From Sumerlaeia bacterium (GTDB lineage: Bacteria > Sumerlaeota > Sumerlaeia > SLMS01 > JAHLLQ01), in NCBI GenBank assembly GCA_040219255.1, contig JAVJSW010000068.1:256001-320000 (forward strand): a stretch of DNA of 64,000 nucleotides, read 5' to 3'. A model generated the notes under the pieces. That model was not told the DNA's origin and did not search any database. It saw only the letters and a program-made list of their open reading frames with translations. Shown piece by piece: positions 19,722-27,253 of the stretch; position 1 is the first letter of the stretch, and each line of letters begins with the position of its first letter. Position numbers and translations under genes: made by a program.

Positions 19722-19867
19722 GTAGGCGGCCGTTTCGGCCGTGACCACCAGCGACGCTTCTCCCACGCCCCATCCGGTTTTCAAATGGGCGCCTTTGAAA
19801 GGCGTGAGATGAGATGGAGCGGTTTGAGAAAAAGCGCCGCCGGACATGGGCGGGACGCCCTTGCTAC
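19722..19867. repeat. Inverted REP doublet (GTAG-type)
   Basis: GTAGGCGGCCGTTTCGGCCGTG at 19722-19743 and CATGGGCGGGACGCCCTTGCTAC at 19845-19867, between convergent genes. Confidence 0.65.
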
Positions 19868-19879
19868 CCAGAAGTGCGG

Positions 19880-21109
19880 TTACTTCACGACCTTGGGGAT
19901 GCTGAAGAGCGGCAGGTAGAGCGCGATGACGATGGTACCGACGATCACACCGAGGAACACGATCAGCAGCGGCTCGAGAATCGAGGCGAGCGCGTTCACC
20001 GTGTCGTCCACTTCGCGTTCGTAGGCTTCCGCGACCTTCGTCAGCATGGCGTCGATGGCACCGGTTTCTTCGCCGACGGCGACCATGTGCACGACGAGCG
20101 GCGGGAAGACCTTACATTCGCTGAGCGGTTCGTGGATCGACTCACCGTCCTTGACGGAGTTGTAGACCTTGTCCATGGCGAGGGAAACGACCTCGTTACC
20201 GGACGTGTCGCGCACGATGTCCAACGCCTGCAAGATCGGCACACCGGCGGTGATCAGCGTGGCCAGCGTACCGGCGAACCGCGTGATGGCCACCTTCTGG
20301 AGAAGCGACCCGATGACCGGCAGCTTGAGCTTCACCCGGTCGAAGAACAGTTTCCCCTTCTTGGTCTGGTTGACTTTCTTGAAGAAGACGAAAATCGCGA
20401 CGGCGCCCAGGATCACCCAGAGCGTCTTTGTCCGTACGACATCGGACATTTTCACCAGGGCCAGCGTCAGGCCGGGCAGTTCGGCGCCAAGCTGCTCGAA
20501 AATGTCCACGAACTTGGGCATGATCTTCCACAGAATGAAGGTCACGATGACGACCGCCAGACCCGACACCACGATGGGGTACATCATGGCGGATTTCACT
20601 TTGCCGACGAGCGCCTGGCGCTTTTCGAGGAAGTAGGCGATTTTGTTCAGAACGGCTTCCAACACACCGCCGATTTCGCCCGCGCGCACCATGTTCACGT
20701 ACAGCGAGTCGAAGATTTTCGGGTGCTTCGCCAGACCTTCCGAGAGCGACGAACCGCTCTCGATGTCCTTGGCGACCTGCTGGATCTTTTCCTTGAAAAC
20801 GATCGATTCGACCTGCTCGGTCAGGATGTAAAGCGAGCGCAGAATCGGCAGGCCGGCATCGATCAGCGTGGCCAACTGACGCGTGAAGGTCATAATGTGC
20901 TTGGTCTTCACGCGGTGCATGATGTTGCGGATGCCGGGCAGGGCGAAAATGTCCAGGTCGCCCGCGCCCTTCTTCTGCTCCACCACTTTCAGCGGATAGT
21001 AGCCCATGCTGCGCAGGCGCTCGATGATGACGTCTTCGTTGTTGGCCTCGATGGTGCCGCGAACCTGTTTGCCGCCTTTGTCGAGGGCCTCGTAGAAAAA
21101 CTCCGCCAT
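19880..21109 (-). CDS. pilC: Type II secretion system F family / type IV pilus assembly platform protein
   Basis: FTRQLATLIDAGLP, GE.GG.L, AMMYP, AVGEETG, LEPLLIV, LYLPLF; AAGGAG RBS. Confidence 0.9.
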   Translation of the reverse strand: MAEFFYEALDKGGKQVRGTIEANNEDVIIERLRSMGYYPLKVVEQKKGAGDLDIFALPGIRNIMHRVKTKHIMTFTRQLATLIDAGLPILRSLYILTEQVESIVFKEKIQQVAKDIESGSSLSEGLAKHPKIFDSLYVNMVRAGEIGGVLEAVLNKIAYFLEKRQALVGKVKSAMMYPIVVSGLAVVIVTFILWKIMPKFVDIFEQLGAELPGLTLALVKMSDVVRTKTLWVILGAVAIFVFFKKVNQTKKGKLFFDRVKLKLPVIGSLLQKVAITRFAGTLATLITAGVPILQALDIVRDTSGNEVVSLAMDKVYNSVKDGESIHEPLSECKVFPPLVVHMVAVGEETGAIDAMLTKVAEAYEREVDDTVNALASILEPLLIVFLGVIVGTIVIALYLPLFSIPKVVK

Positions 21110-21250
21110 GGCTGCCGCGCTCCTTGCAGGGTTCGTCCGGGGGGGACGAAAAGACATCCCGCACCACGGCCAAGCCGGAAGCGGGCTCTTCCTCCTGTAA
21201 CAATGGGGCGGAGGGGGTCAAGCTGTCAACCGCGTGTTGCGGCGGGGTGG

Positions 21251-21569
21251 CCGCGATCCTTCACCACAGAGATGGTGCGTTGAGGGCATAGAGGACAGAG
21301 GTTCCACAGAGTGCATTCAAAACGTGCCGCAAGATGGGATGGCCTGTTGAGCCAAGTCCATAAAAATAAGCAATCTGTCAACCAAATCCGAAACGTAGCG
21401 GCGATTTCGGCATCTTGTCCCATTGTTGGTTCCTGTTTCAAGAGAACGGGCTACGGTATCTCACTCATCCAGCCAGGAGCCGGGCCATGCCCCCTTGTTC
21501 CGGTCTACTTCAAACGCACCGGTGTCATCTCTGCGTTCTCCGCGCCTCCGCGGTGATTTCTTGAAGAAT
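21251..21569. mobile_element. ~320-bp non-coding MITE-like element family B, copy 1
   Basis: Homologous along its length to 49926-50251; ends ATCCTTCA...TGAAGAAT; subterminal CACCACAGAG/CTCTGCGTTCTCCGCG repeats. Confidence 0.65.
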
Positions 21570-21601
21570 CATGGGGTGGAGTGGTGATTTCATGTAAAGC
21601 C

Positions 21602-22318
21602 TCACAAAACCCCCAACCCCCGCAGTTCCGCTTCCGCTTTGCCGCCCCAGTCCTTGTTCGCGGCGGGGCTGGCGGGGCTGGGGTGGAGGATGCGGCCGAA
21701 TTCGAGGCCGGGGAAGCCGTCGGCGAGGGCGAGGCGGGCGCGTTGTTCGGCGAAGGCTCCGACGCCGACGACCATGCGGGGTTTGAGGTAGCGCACCACG
21801 CGGCGCAGGTGCTCGTCGCAGGCGTCGATCATCGGGGTGCGTTCGGCGGCGGGGATTTTGTCCGGCGTGCGGTTGCGGCCCGAGTCCTCCAGGAAAATCA
21901 GCGGGCAGTAATTCACGACCCAGAAGCGCTCGAAAAATGCGTCCGGGGCGCCGAAGCGCTCCCGCGCCCAGCCCCAGAGGCGGGCGCCGCTGACTTCGCT
22001 GCGGGTGCAGGCGAGGCCTTCGACGGGGCGCTTTGGGTGTTCACGGGCGGGTTTGCCGATGGGGGCTTCGATGGCGAGCCAGTCGCGCACGGCGCCGACC
22101 TCGCCAAAGGGTATGCCCGTCTGGGCCATGCCCCAGGGCCCGGGGTTCATGCCCAGCAGGAGGGTCTGGCCCCCATCGCGCCGCGCCCAGCGCCGGCAGT
22201 AACGGGTGTAGGGTTCGAAGGCGTACTCGAGCACGTTGTAGGTGTGCGTGACGGGCGGCGAGAAAGTCAGAGGCGCCAGGGCGAGGCGCAGGTTTCGGGC
22301 GGCGGCGATCGGTTCCAT
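21602..22318 (-). CDS. SMUG1-type (family 3) uracil-DNA glycosylase
   Basis: GMNPGPWGMAQTGIPFG, SEVSG.RLW, NYCPL, HPSPASP motifs. Confidence 0.92.
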   Translation of the reverse strand: MEPIAAARNLRLALAPLTFSPPVTHTYNVLEYAFEPYTRYCRRWARRDGGQTLLLGMNPGPWGMAQTGIPFGEVGAVRDWLAIEAPIGKPAREHPKRPVEGLACTRSEVSGARLWGWARERFGAPDAFFERFWVVNYCPLIFLEDSGRNRTPDKIPAAERTPMIDACDEHLRRVVRYLKPRMVVGVGAFAEQRARLALADGFPGLEFGRILHPSPASPAANKDWGGKAEAELRGLGVL

Positions 22319-22357
22319 AAGAAGACAAATGTTGCCCGCGATAGGTTGCGCGTCAAG

Positions 22358-23737
22358 TCAACGGAGCATCGACGAGATATCGGACGCCGATGTGGGATAG
22401 GCCCAGCGCACGCGGCGCAACTCGGGCACAGGGGTTCCGCAGCCAAGCGCGAGGGCGAACACGTTGATCGTTTCCGCCGCGTGGGGGCCGAGCAGGTGCG
22501 CGCCGAGGATGCGGCGGCTGCCTTCCTCGATCACGATCGCGTACCCGGCGCACGGTTCGTTGCGGTGGCGCTGGGAAAACCATTGGCTGGAATCGCCGCG
22601 GTTGCAGGTGAAGGCGAGGCCCTGCTCGCGCGCCTGGACCTCGGTGATGCCCACACCGGCGATTTCCGGGATGGTGAAGGCGGCGCTGGCGGTGGCTTTG
22701 TAGCTGACCGTTCGCTCGTTGCCGTGCATCAGGTTATGGAACACGGCGGCGGCCTCGGCCCCCGCCACGGGGGTCAGGGGAGCGCCCGGCGTGGCGGTGC
22801 AATCGCCCGCCGCATAGACCGCCGGGTTGGTTGGGCTTTGCAGGTACTCGTTCACTTCGATGCCGCGCGGACCAAAGGCCACGCCCCCTTCTTCCAGGTT
22901 CAGCGCGGAAATGAACGGAATGCGCCCCATGCCGTGCACCACCAGATCGGTCGCGAGGGTTTGGCTCTCGCGGTTCGCCGTGTCGTTCGTGCACACGGTG
23001 TAGGCGCCGTCTTCGCGGCGGATTTCGCAGACGCGCCGGTTGGGGATGAATCGGATGCCCAATTCTTCGCGGCTGTAATCGACGAGGCGCCGCACGAGTT
23101 CGGCGTCGAAGCCCGACAGGGGGACTTCGTGGCTGTCGATGACGGTGACATCGGCGCCGCACCGGGCGGCGATGTGGGCGAATTCCCAACTGATGTAGCC
23201 CCCGCCGGCGAAGGTCACGCGCCGGGGCAGCTCCGGCAGGTCGAAGAAATCGTCGCTGGAGGTCAGGCAATCGGCGCCGGGAAAGTTCAGCGGCCGCGGT
23301 TTCCCACCTGTCGCCAGGAGGATCTTGCGCGCCGACAGGGTTCGCTCCGAACTATCGTCGCTCCGCACGCGGATCGTGTTCCGCCCGGCGAAACAGCCCC
23401 AGCCGTGGTAAACGTCCACGTTCGCTTCGGCGTATCGTTTCGCGTCGGTTTCGGGAACCGGATCGGTGAAGGTGTTTTTGAACTCGCGCATCGCCTGCCA
23501 ATCGAGGTGGGCCCCCGGCGCCACCAGGCTCCGGCCCTCCATGCGGCGGATCCAGTCCATGGCCTGGGCTCCGGCGCGCAGCATCTTCTTCGGCGAACAG
23601 CCCCGCAGCGCGCACGTTCCGCCCAGGGGCCGGCTTTCCACCAGCGCGACTTTCCAACCCTCGGCGGCGCAGCGTTTGGCCGGCGAGGAGGCGACGCCGC
23701 TGCCAATGACGATCAAATCGTATTCCGTTTCCGGCAT
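22358..23737 (-). CDS. Pyridine nucleotide-disulfide oxidoreductase (glutathione reductase-like)
   Basis: IVIGSG, GGTCALRGC redox pair, GGGYISWEF, YAAGD, YPT motifs. Confidence 0.9.
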   Translation of the reverse strand: MPETEYDLIVIGSGVASSPAKRCAAEGWKVALVESRPLGGTCALRGCSPKKMLRAGAQAMDWIRRMEGRSLVAPGAHLDWQAMREFKNTFTDPVPETDAKRYAEANVDVYHGWGCFAGRNTIRVRSDDSSERTLSARKILLATGGKPRPLNFPGADCLTSSDDFFDLPELPRRVTFAGGGYISWEFAHIAARCGADVTVIDSHEVPLSGFDAELVRRLVDYSREELGIRFIPNRRVCEIRREDGAYTVCTNDTANRESQTLATDLVVHGMGRIPFISALNLEEGGVAFGPRGIEVNEYLQSPTNPAVYAAGDCTATPGAPLTPVAGAEAAAVFHNLMHGNERTVSYKATASAAFTIPEIAGVGITEVQAREQGLAFTCNRGDSSQWFSQRHRNEPCAGYAIVIEEGSRRILGAHLLGPHAAETINVFALALGCGTPVPELRRVRWAYPTSASDISSMLR

Positions 23738-23916
23738 TCTCTCGGGCTCCTGACTCTCGGGATGGAACCGATAGGGACAGCAAGTCCGGCACCATGTCGC
23801 GCTGGAATCGGCCGCGTCCGGCATTTTTCCCCATCGAATCGGAAAGAGAAGTCTTGCGCGGGTGCCCGCTCCAAGGCCATGCAATGGCGGCGCTGCCCCT
23901 GAATTGAACGAAACCC

Positions 23917-24876
23917 ATGGCTTTGCAAGTCTCCAACCTGCCCGAAATCCTCTCCGCCGGCACGCAAGTGGTGGTGGAGAAAACCCTGCGTGGCGCCGCC
24001 GGAGAGCCCATCTGTCCGCAGGGCGCCGTTGGCGTGGTTGTCGGCGAACCGGACACGGCGGACGGCCTGTACCGCGTGCGCTTTCCCAACGCCTACGAGG
24101 CCGATCTGGCGCGGGGCGACTTCGACGTGCGCAAGCATTACCAGCGCCGAAGTCTCGGCGACCTCGCGGGGCTGAACGACGGCGTCGATTGGCGGCGCCA
24201 CATCATCTATCGCTGCGTGATCGGTTCACGGGCCTATGGGCTGGACACGGACGACAGCGACACCGACCGGCGCGGAATTTTCCTGCCCCCGGCACGGCTG
24301 CATTGGAGTTTGGCCGGTGTGCCGGAGCAGATCGAGGACCACCCACGCCAGGAATGCTTCTGGGAACTCGAGAAGTTCCTGACGCTGGCGCTCAAGGCCA
24401 ACCCCAACGTCCTCGAAGTCCTGCACTCGGATCTCGTCGAGCACTGCGCGCCCATCGCCGGCGAGCTGTGCGCCATGCGCGGGGCGTTTCTGTCGCGGCT
24501 CGTCTATCAGACTTACAACGGATACGTGCTATCCCAGTTCAAGAAAATGCGCCACGATCTCGACACCCGGGGCGAAGTGCGATGGAAGCACGCCATGCAC
24601 TTGATCCGCCTGCTGTGGAGCGGCAAGGAACTGGTTCGCACCGGCCAGATGGTGGTCCGCATCCATGACGGCGCGATGGTGGAGCGGCTGCTGGCCATCA
24701 AGCGCGGCGAGTGGACCTTCGAAGCCGTGGAGCAGTGGCGCCAGCGGCTCCACCGCGAGTTCGACGACGCCCTGGCGCGGACGCCGCTGCCGGAACTTCC
24801 CGACATTCGCCGCGCCGACGCGTTCCTGATTCGCGCCCGCCACCGCATGACCGAAACCGAGGAGATTGCCCGATGA
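23917..24876 (+). CDS. RlaP/YcgL-type Pol-beta superfamily nucleotidyltransferase with N-terminal SH3-like extension
   Basis: IGSRAYGLDTDDSDTDRRG (GS..DxD), KANPNVLE, KHAMHLIRL, LLAIKRGE. Confidence 0.85.
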   Translation: MALQVSNLPEILSAGTQVVVEKTLRGAAGEPICPQGAVGVVVGEPDTADGLYRVRFPNAYEADLARGDFDVRKHYQRRSLGDLAGLNDGVDWRRHIIYRCVIGSRAYGLDTDDSDTDRRGIFLPPARLHWSLAGVPEQIEDHPRQECFWELEKFLTLALKANPNVLEVLHSDLVEHCAPIAGELCAMRGAFLSRLVYQTYNGYVLSQFKKMRHDLDTRGEVRWKHAMHLIRLLWSGKELVRTGQMVVRIHDGAMVERLLAIKRGEWTFEAVEQWRQRLHREFDDALARTPLPELPDIRRADAFLIRARHRMTETEEIAR

Positions 24877-25652
24877 TTGTCGATGCCACCGGCCCGATTC
24901 CCACCGAAGACCTGCGCCGCGTCGCAGCCGCCCATCCCTACGCGCTGCTGTTCGCCACCGTCAGCGGCTCGCACATCTACGGCTTTCCCTCGCCCGATTC
25001 GGATTTCGACCTGCGGGGCGTACACGTGCTGCCGCTGCCCGAGGTCATCGGCCTCGCCACGCCGGATGAAACCATCGAGCAGGGGGCGTTTCGCGCCGGT
25101 CTCGAGATGGACCTCGTCACGCATGATGTGGCGAAGTTCTGCCGCCTGCTGCTCAAGCCCAACGGCTACGTGCTGGAACAACTCATGTCGCCCCTGGTGA
25201 TCCAGACGTCGTCCGAGCATCAAGAGCTGAAAGCCATGGCCCACGTTCTGATCACGCGCTACCACGCGCGGCACTACGAGGGATTCTTCCATTCGCAGTG
25301 GAAGCTCTTCCAACGTGACGAACCGCGCAAAGTCAAGCCGCTGCTGTATTGCTACCGGGTGCTGATGACCGGCATCCATCTGATGCGCCGCAGCGACCTG
25401 GAGCCGAACCTGGCGATCCTGGCTGAGGAATACGGCCTGCGTTACATCCCGGACTTGATCGAGCGCAAACGCGCCGGGGGCGAACACGGCACCCTCGGCG
25501 GCGCCGACTTCGCCTTCCACGAACGCGAACTGCACCGCCTCCTGGAGGAACTGCGCGACGAAGCGGACCGCTCCTACCTGCCGGAAGAACCGCTCTGCCG
25601 CGAGGACATGAACGACTTCCTGCTACGGGTGCGGATGAAGTTTCGGGAGTAG
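24873..25652 (+). CDS. RlaP/YcgL-type nucleotidyltransferase (second, paralogous)
   Basis: SGSHIYGFPSPDSDFDLRG, NGYVLE, KPLLYCYR; ATGA overlap with the upstream gene. Confidence 0.85.
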   Translation: MIVDATGPIPTEDLRRVAAAHPYALLFATVSGSHIYGFPSPDSDFDLRGVHVLPLPEVIGLATPDETIEQGAFRAGLEMDLVTHDVAKFCRLLLKPNGYVLEQLMSPLVIQTSSEHQELKAMAHVLITRYHARHYEGFFHSQWKLFQRDEPRKVKPLLYCYRVLMTGIHLMRRSDLEPNLAILAEEYGLRYIPDLIERKRAGGEHGTLGGADFAFHERELHRLLEELRDEADRSYLPEEPLCREDMNDFLLRVRMKFRE

Positions 25653-25783
25653 ATGGGGGGAATGGGCGCTCCGCGGGCACAAGAATGGAAAAATACTCGC
25701 CCTCCCTGTATACTCAAAAGAAGCCGACTCAAAAGTGCATTCTCCCGCCTAGAATAAAATAATCCACCGCGCGCATTTTTCTC

Positions 25784-25811
25784 TTGCGCGGCAGGGCGAA
25801 ATCAGTACTGT
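25784..25811 (+). promoter_or_regulatory. Candidate sigma70 promoter
   Basis: TTGCGC-16 nt-TACTGT in an AT-richer intergenic region; ACTCAAAAG direct repeat upstream at 25712 and 25727. Confidence 0.35.
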
Positions 25812-25887
25812 CCGCTCCCACGCCGCAGAGGAAAACGCACGTTTTCGCCGCGGCACTCCACTCCCTCCGCAAAGGGGACGCAGCACT

Positions 25888-26121
25888 ATGATCCGGACAG
25901 ACGTCATCAATCGCATCGCCGCAGCCGCTCAGGTTCTTCGGAATCTGGATCGGGTCCTCGGCCTCGTCGTCACCGGCTTCGCCCGCAGTCGCTCGCGCTC
26001 CTTTGCTCTCGCGAGTTCCCAAGGCGACGCCGGATACCACGGAGGAGCCCCGATGGGTTGCCCCGGACGGAAACCGGCCGGCATGGAACGTTGGCGAGAA
26101 CGAGGGATGCGCGAGGCGTAA
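25888..26121 (+). CDS. Putative 77-aa leader peptide (uORF)
   Basis: AAAGGGGA RBS before the ATG; stop codon sits in the loop of a terminator-like hairpin. Confidence 0.45.
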   Translation: MIRTDVINRIAAAAQVLRNLDRVLGLVVTGFARSRSRSFALASSQGDAGYHGGAPMGCPGRKPAGMERWRERGMREA

Positions 26122-26147
26122 GCCGCCTCTTTTCCGCACACAATCCC
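26104..26147 (+). terminator. Attenuator/terminator-like hairpin overlapping the uORF stop
   Basis: GAGGCG-TAAGC-CGCCTC-TTTT, extendable by GGGAT/ATCCC pairing. Confidence 0.5.
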
Positions 26148-26508
26148 CATCGACTCGCGGTTCCAGGCTTCGGCTTCGAACGGCACGCTCGCATTCGCTG
26201 GCCCGCGCCACGCGCCTGCGACACGCAACGCGCTCTCCTTGTCCTTCACGCCTCCGCCCACGGCGGTTCGCCGTCTTGGGTCTATGCTGAACGAATAAGC
26301 CGCGCGCCGCGTCCCGCCGTCTTCGCAGCCCCCCGCCACGCCGCCGCTTGAACCCTCCGTTGCCGCAAGGGGTCCATCGGGCCGCTTTGTGACATCCGGG
26401 AACCCGATCCCGCGCGATCACTAGTTTACTTGAACTCCTGACGCTTATGTGTGTTTGGAGACCAGAAAAACCATATTCGAATGGAAAAGAAAGAGTGTTT
26501 GATCGCAC

Positions 26509-26703
26509 GTTCGTAGTTCCGCCTTCAGGCGGAAAAGATCCGTGCAGAACGCATTGTCGCTTTTCACATGGGGACCGGTATCCCAACTGGCAGAGGACGG
26601 CGCCTCAGAAGCGCTGAGTTGCAGGTTCGACTCCCGCCCGGTTCACCAAAAGCTTTGTGCGGCCAAGGGCCGCCTCCTTCCGCCTGAAGGCGGGACGACG
26701 AGC
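26509..26703. repeat. Inverted REP doublet enclosing a tRNA gene
   Basis: GTTCGTAGTTCCGCCTTCAGGCGGAA (26509-26534) and TTCCGCCTGAAGGCGGGACGACGAGC (26678-26703). Confidence 0.8.
26572..26648 (+). tRNA. tRNA-Leu(CAG) with short variable loop
   Basis: Acceptor GGACCGG/CCGGTTC, anticodon arm GGCGC-CTCAGAA-GCGCT, 5-nt variable loop, GGTTCGACTCC T-arm, A73, encoded CCA. Confidence 0.85.
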
Positions 26704-26713
26704 ACGTTACACA

Positions 26714-26875
26714 TCTCCGGCCCCGGTGGCCGCGGTGGTTTTTTCCGAGTCCGAGAGACCGGAGCGTTGAAATCTTGGGCAGCGTCTGGCGGATACCGTC
26801 TCCCCGCCGGACAATCAACGCCCCGGTTCCTCCCGGAGCCTCGGCAAAACCCCCCGCGACCTCCGGGGCTGGGGA
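26714..26875 (+). ncRNA. 162-nt rod-shaped structured RNA of unknown family
   Basis: Nested complementary segments TCTCCGGCCCCGG/CCGGGGCTGGGGA, GGTTTT/AAAACC, CCGAG/CTCGG, ACCGG/CCGGT, GCGTTGA/TCAACGC, GTCTGGCGG/CCGCCGGAC with G-U pairs. Confidence 0.6.
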
Positions 26876-27040
26876 AGCGCAAGGCGAGAATGAACGATGA
26901 GCGGCGACAAAACTTGCCGGGTGCCGGGCGTGGGACTCTCCTTTCCCACCCACGTGGGCCGGCGCCCGGCCAGGGGGAGAGGGGGGCCAAGCGCAAGCTG
27001 AACGACCGGGCAGAGAAGGGCACGCCCCGGCGTGCTCTGC

Positions 27041-27118
27041 CGGGCCCTGGCTCAACCGGTAGAGCATCCGCCTGTTATAAGCGGAAGGTTCCGGGTTCGA
27101 TCCCCGGGGGCCCAGCCA
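27041..27118 (+). tRNA. Atypical tRNA-Asn-like gene with 9-nt anticodon loop and C1:A72 mismatch
   Basis: D-arm GCTC/GAGC, stem TCCGC/GCGGA around loop CTGTTATAA, T-arm CCGGG-TTCGATC-CCCGG, G73, encoded CCA. Confidence 0.75.
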
Positions 27119-27253
27119 TCGTATGTCCGTTCGCGGAAGACGTCGGAACTCTGGCCCGCCCACTGCCGCCAAGCTTTCTCGCTCTCGGGTTCGGCAGACT
27201 CGCCGGTCATTGTGTCTTCCCACCGCCTTCGACCCGTTCGTGGCGGGGCGGGG

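Noticed and set aside
22358-23737. Mercuric reductase (merA) call
   Set aside because: Lacks the C-terminal Cys-Cys pair and the N-terminal HMA domain, and no mer genes are nearby
26714-26875. Identification as 6S, SRP or Y RNA
   Set aside because: No symmetric central bubble, no SRP GGAA-loop/AGCAG motif recognised, the Y-RNA 3' motif is missing and no Ro60 gene is nearby; left unassigned
27072-27080. Ochre suppressor tRNA implying stop-codon recoding
   Set aside because: The UUA reading depends on one arbitrary register of a 9-nt loop, and TAA is used as a normal stop in several genes here
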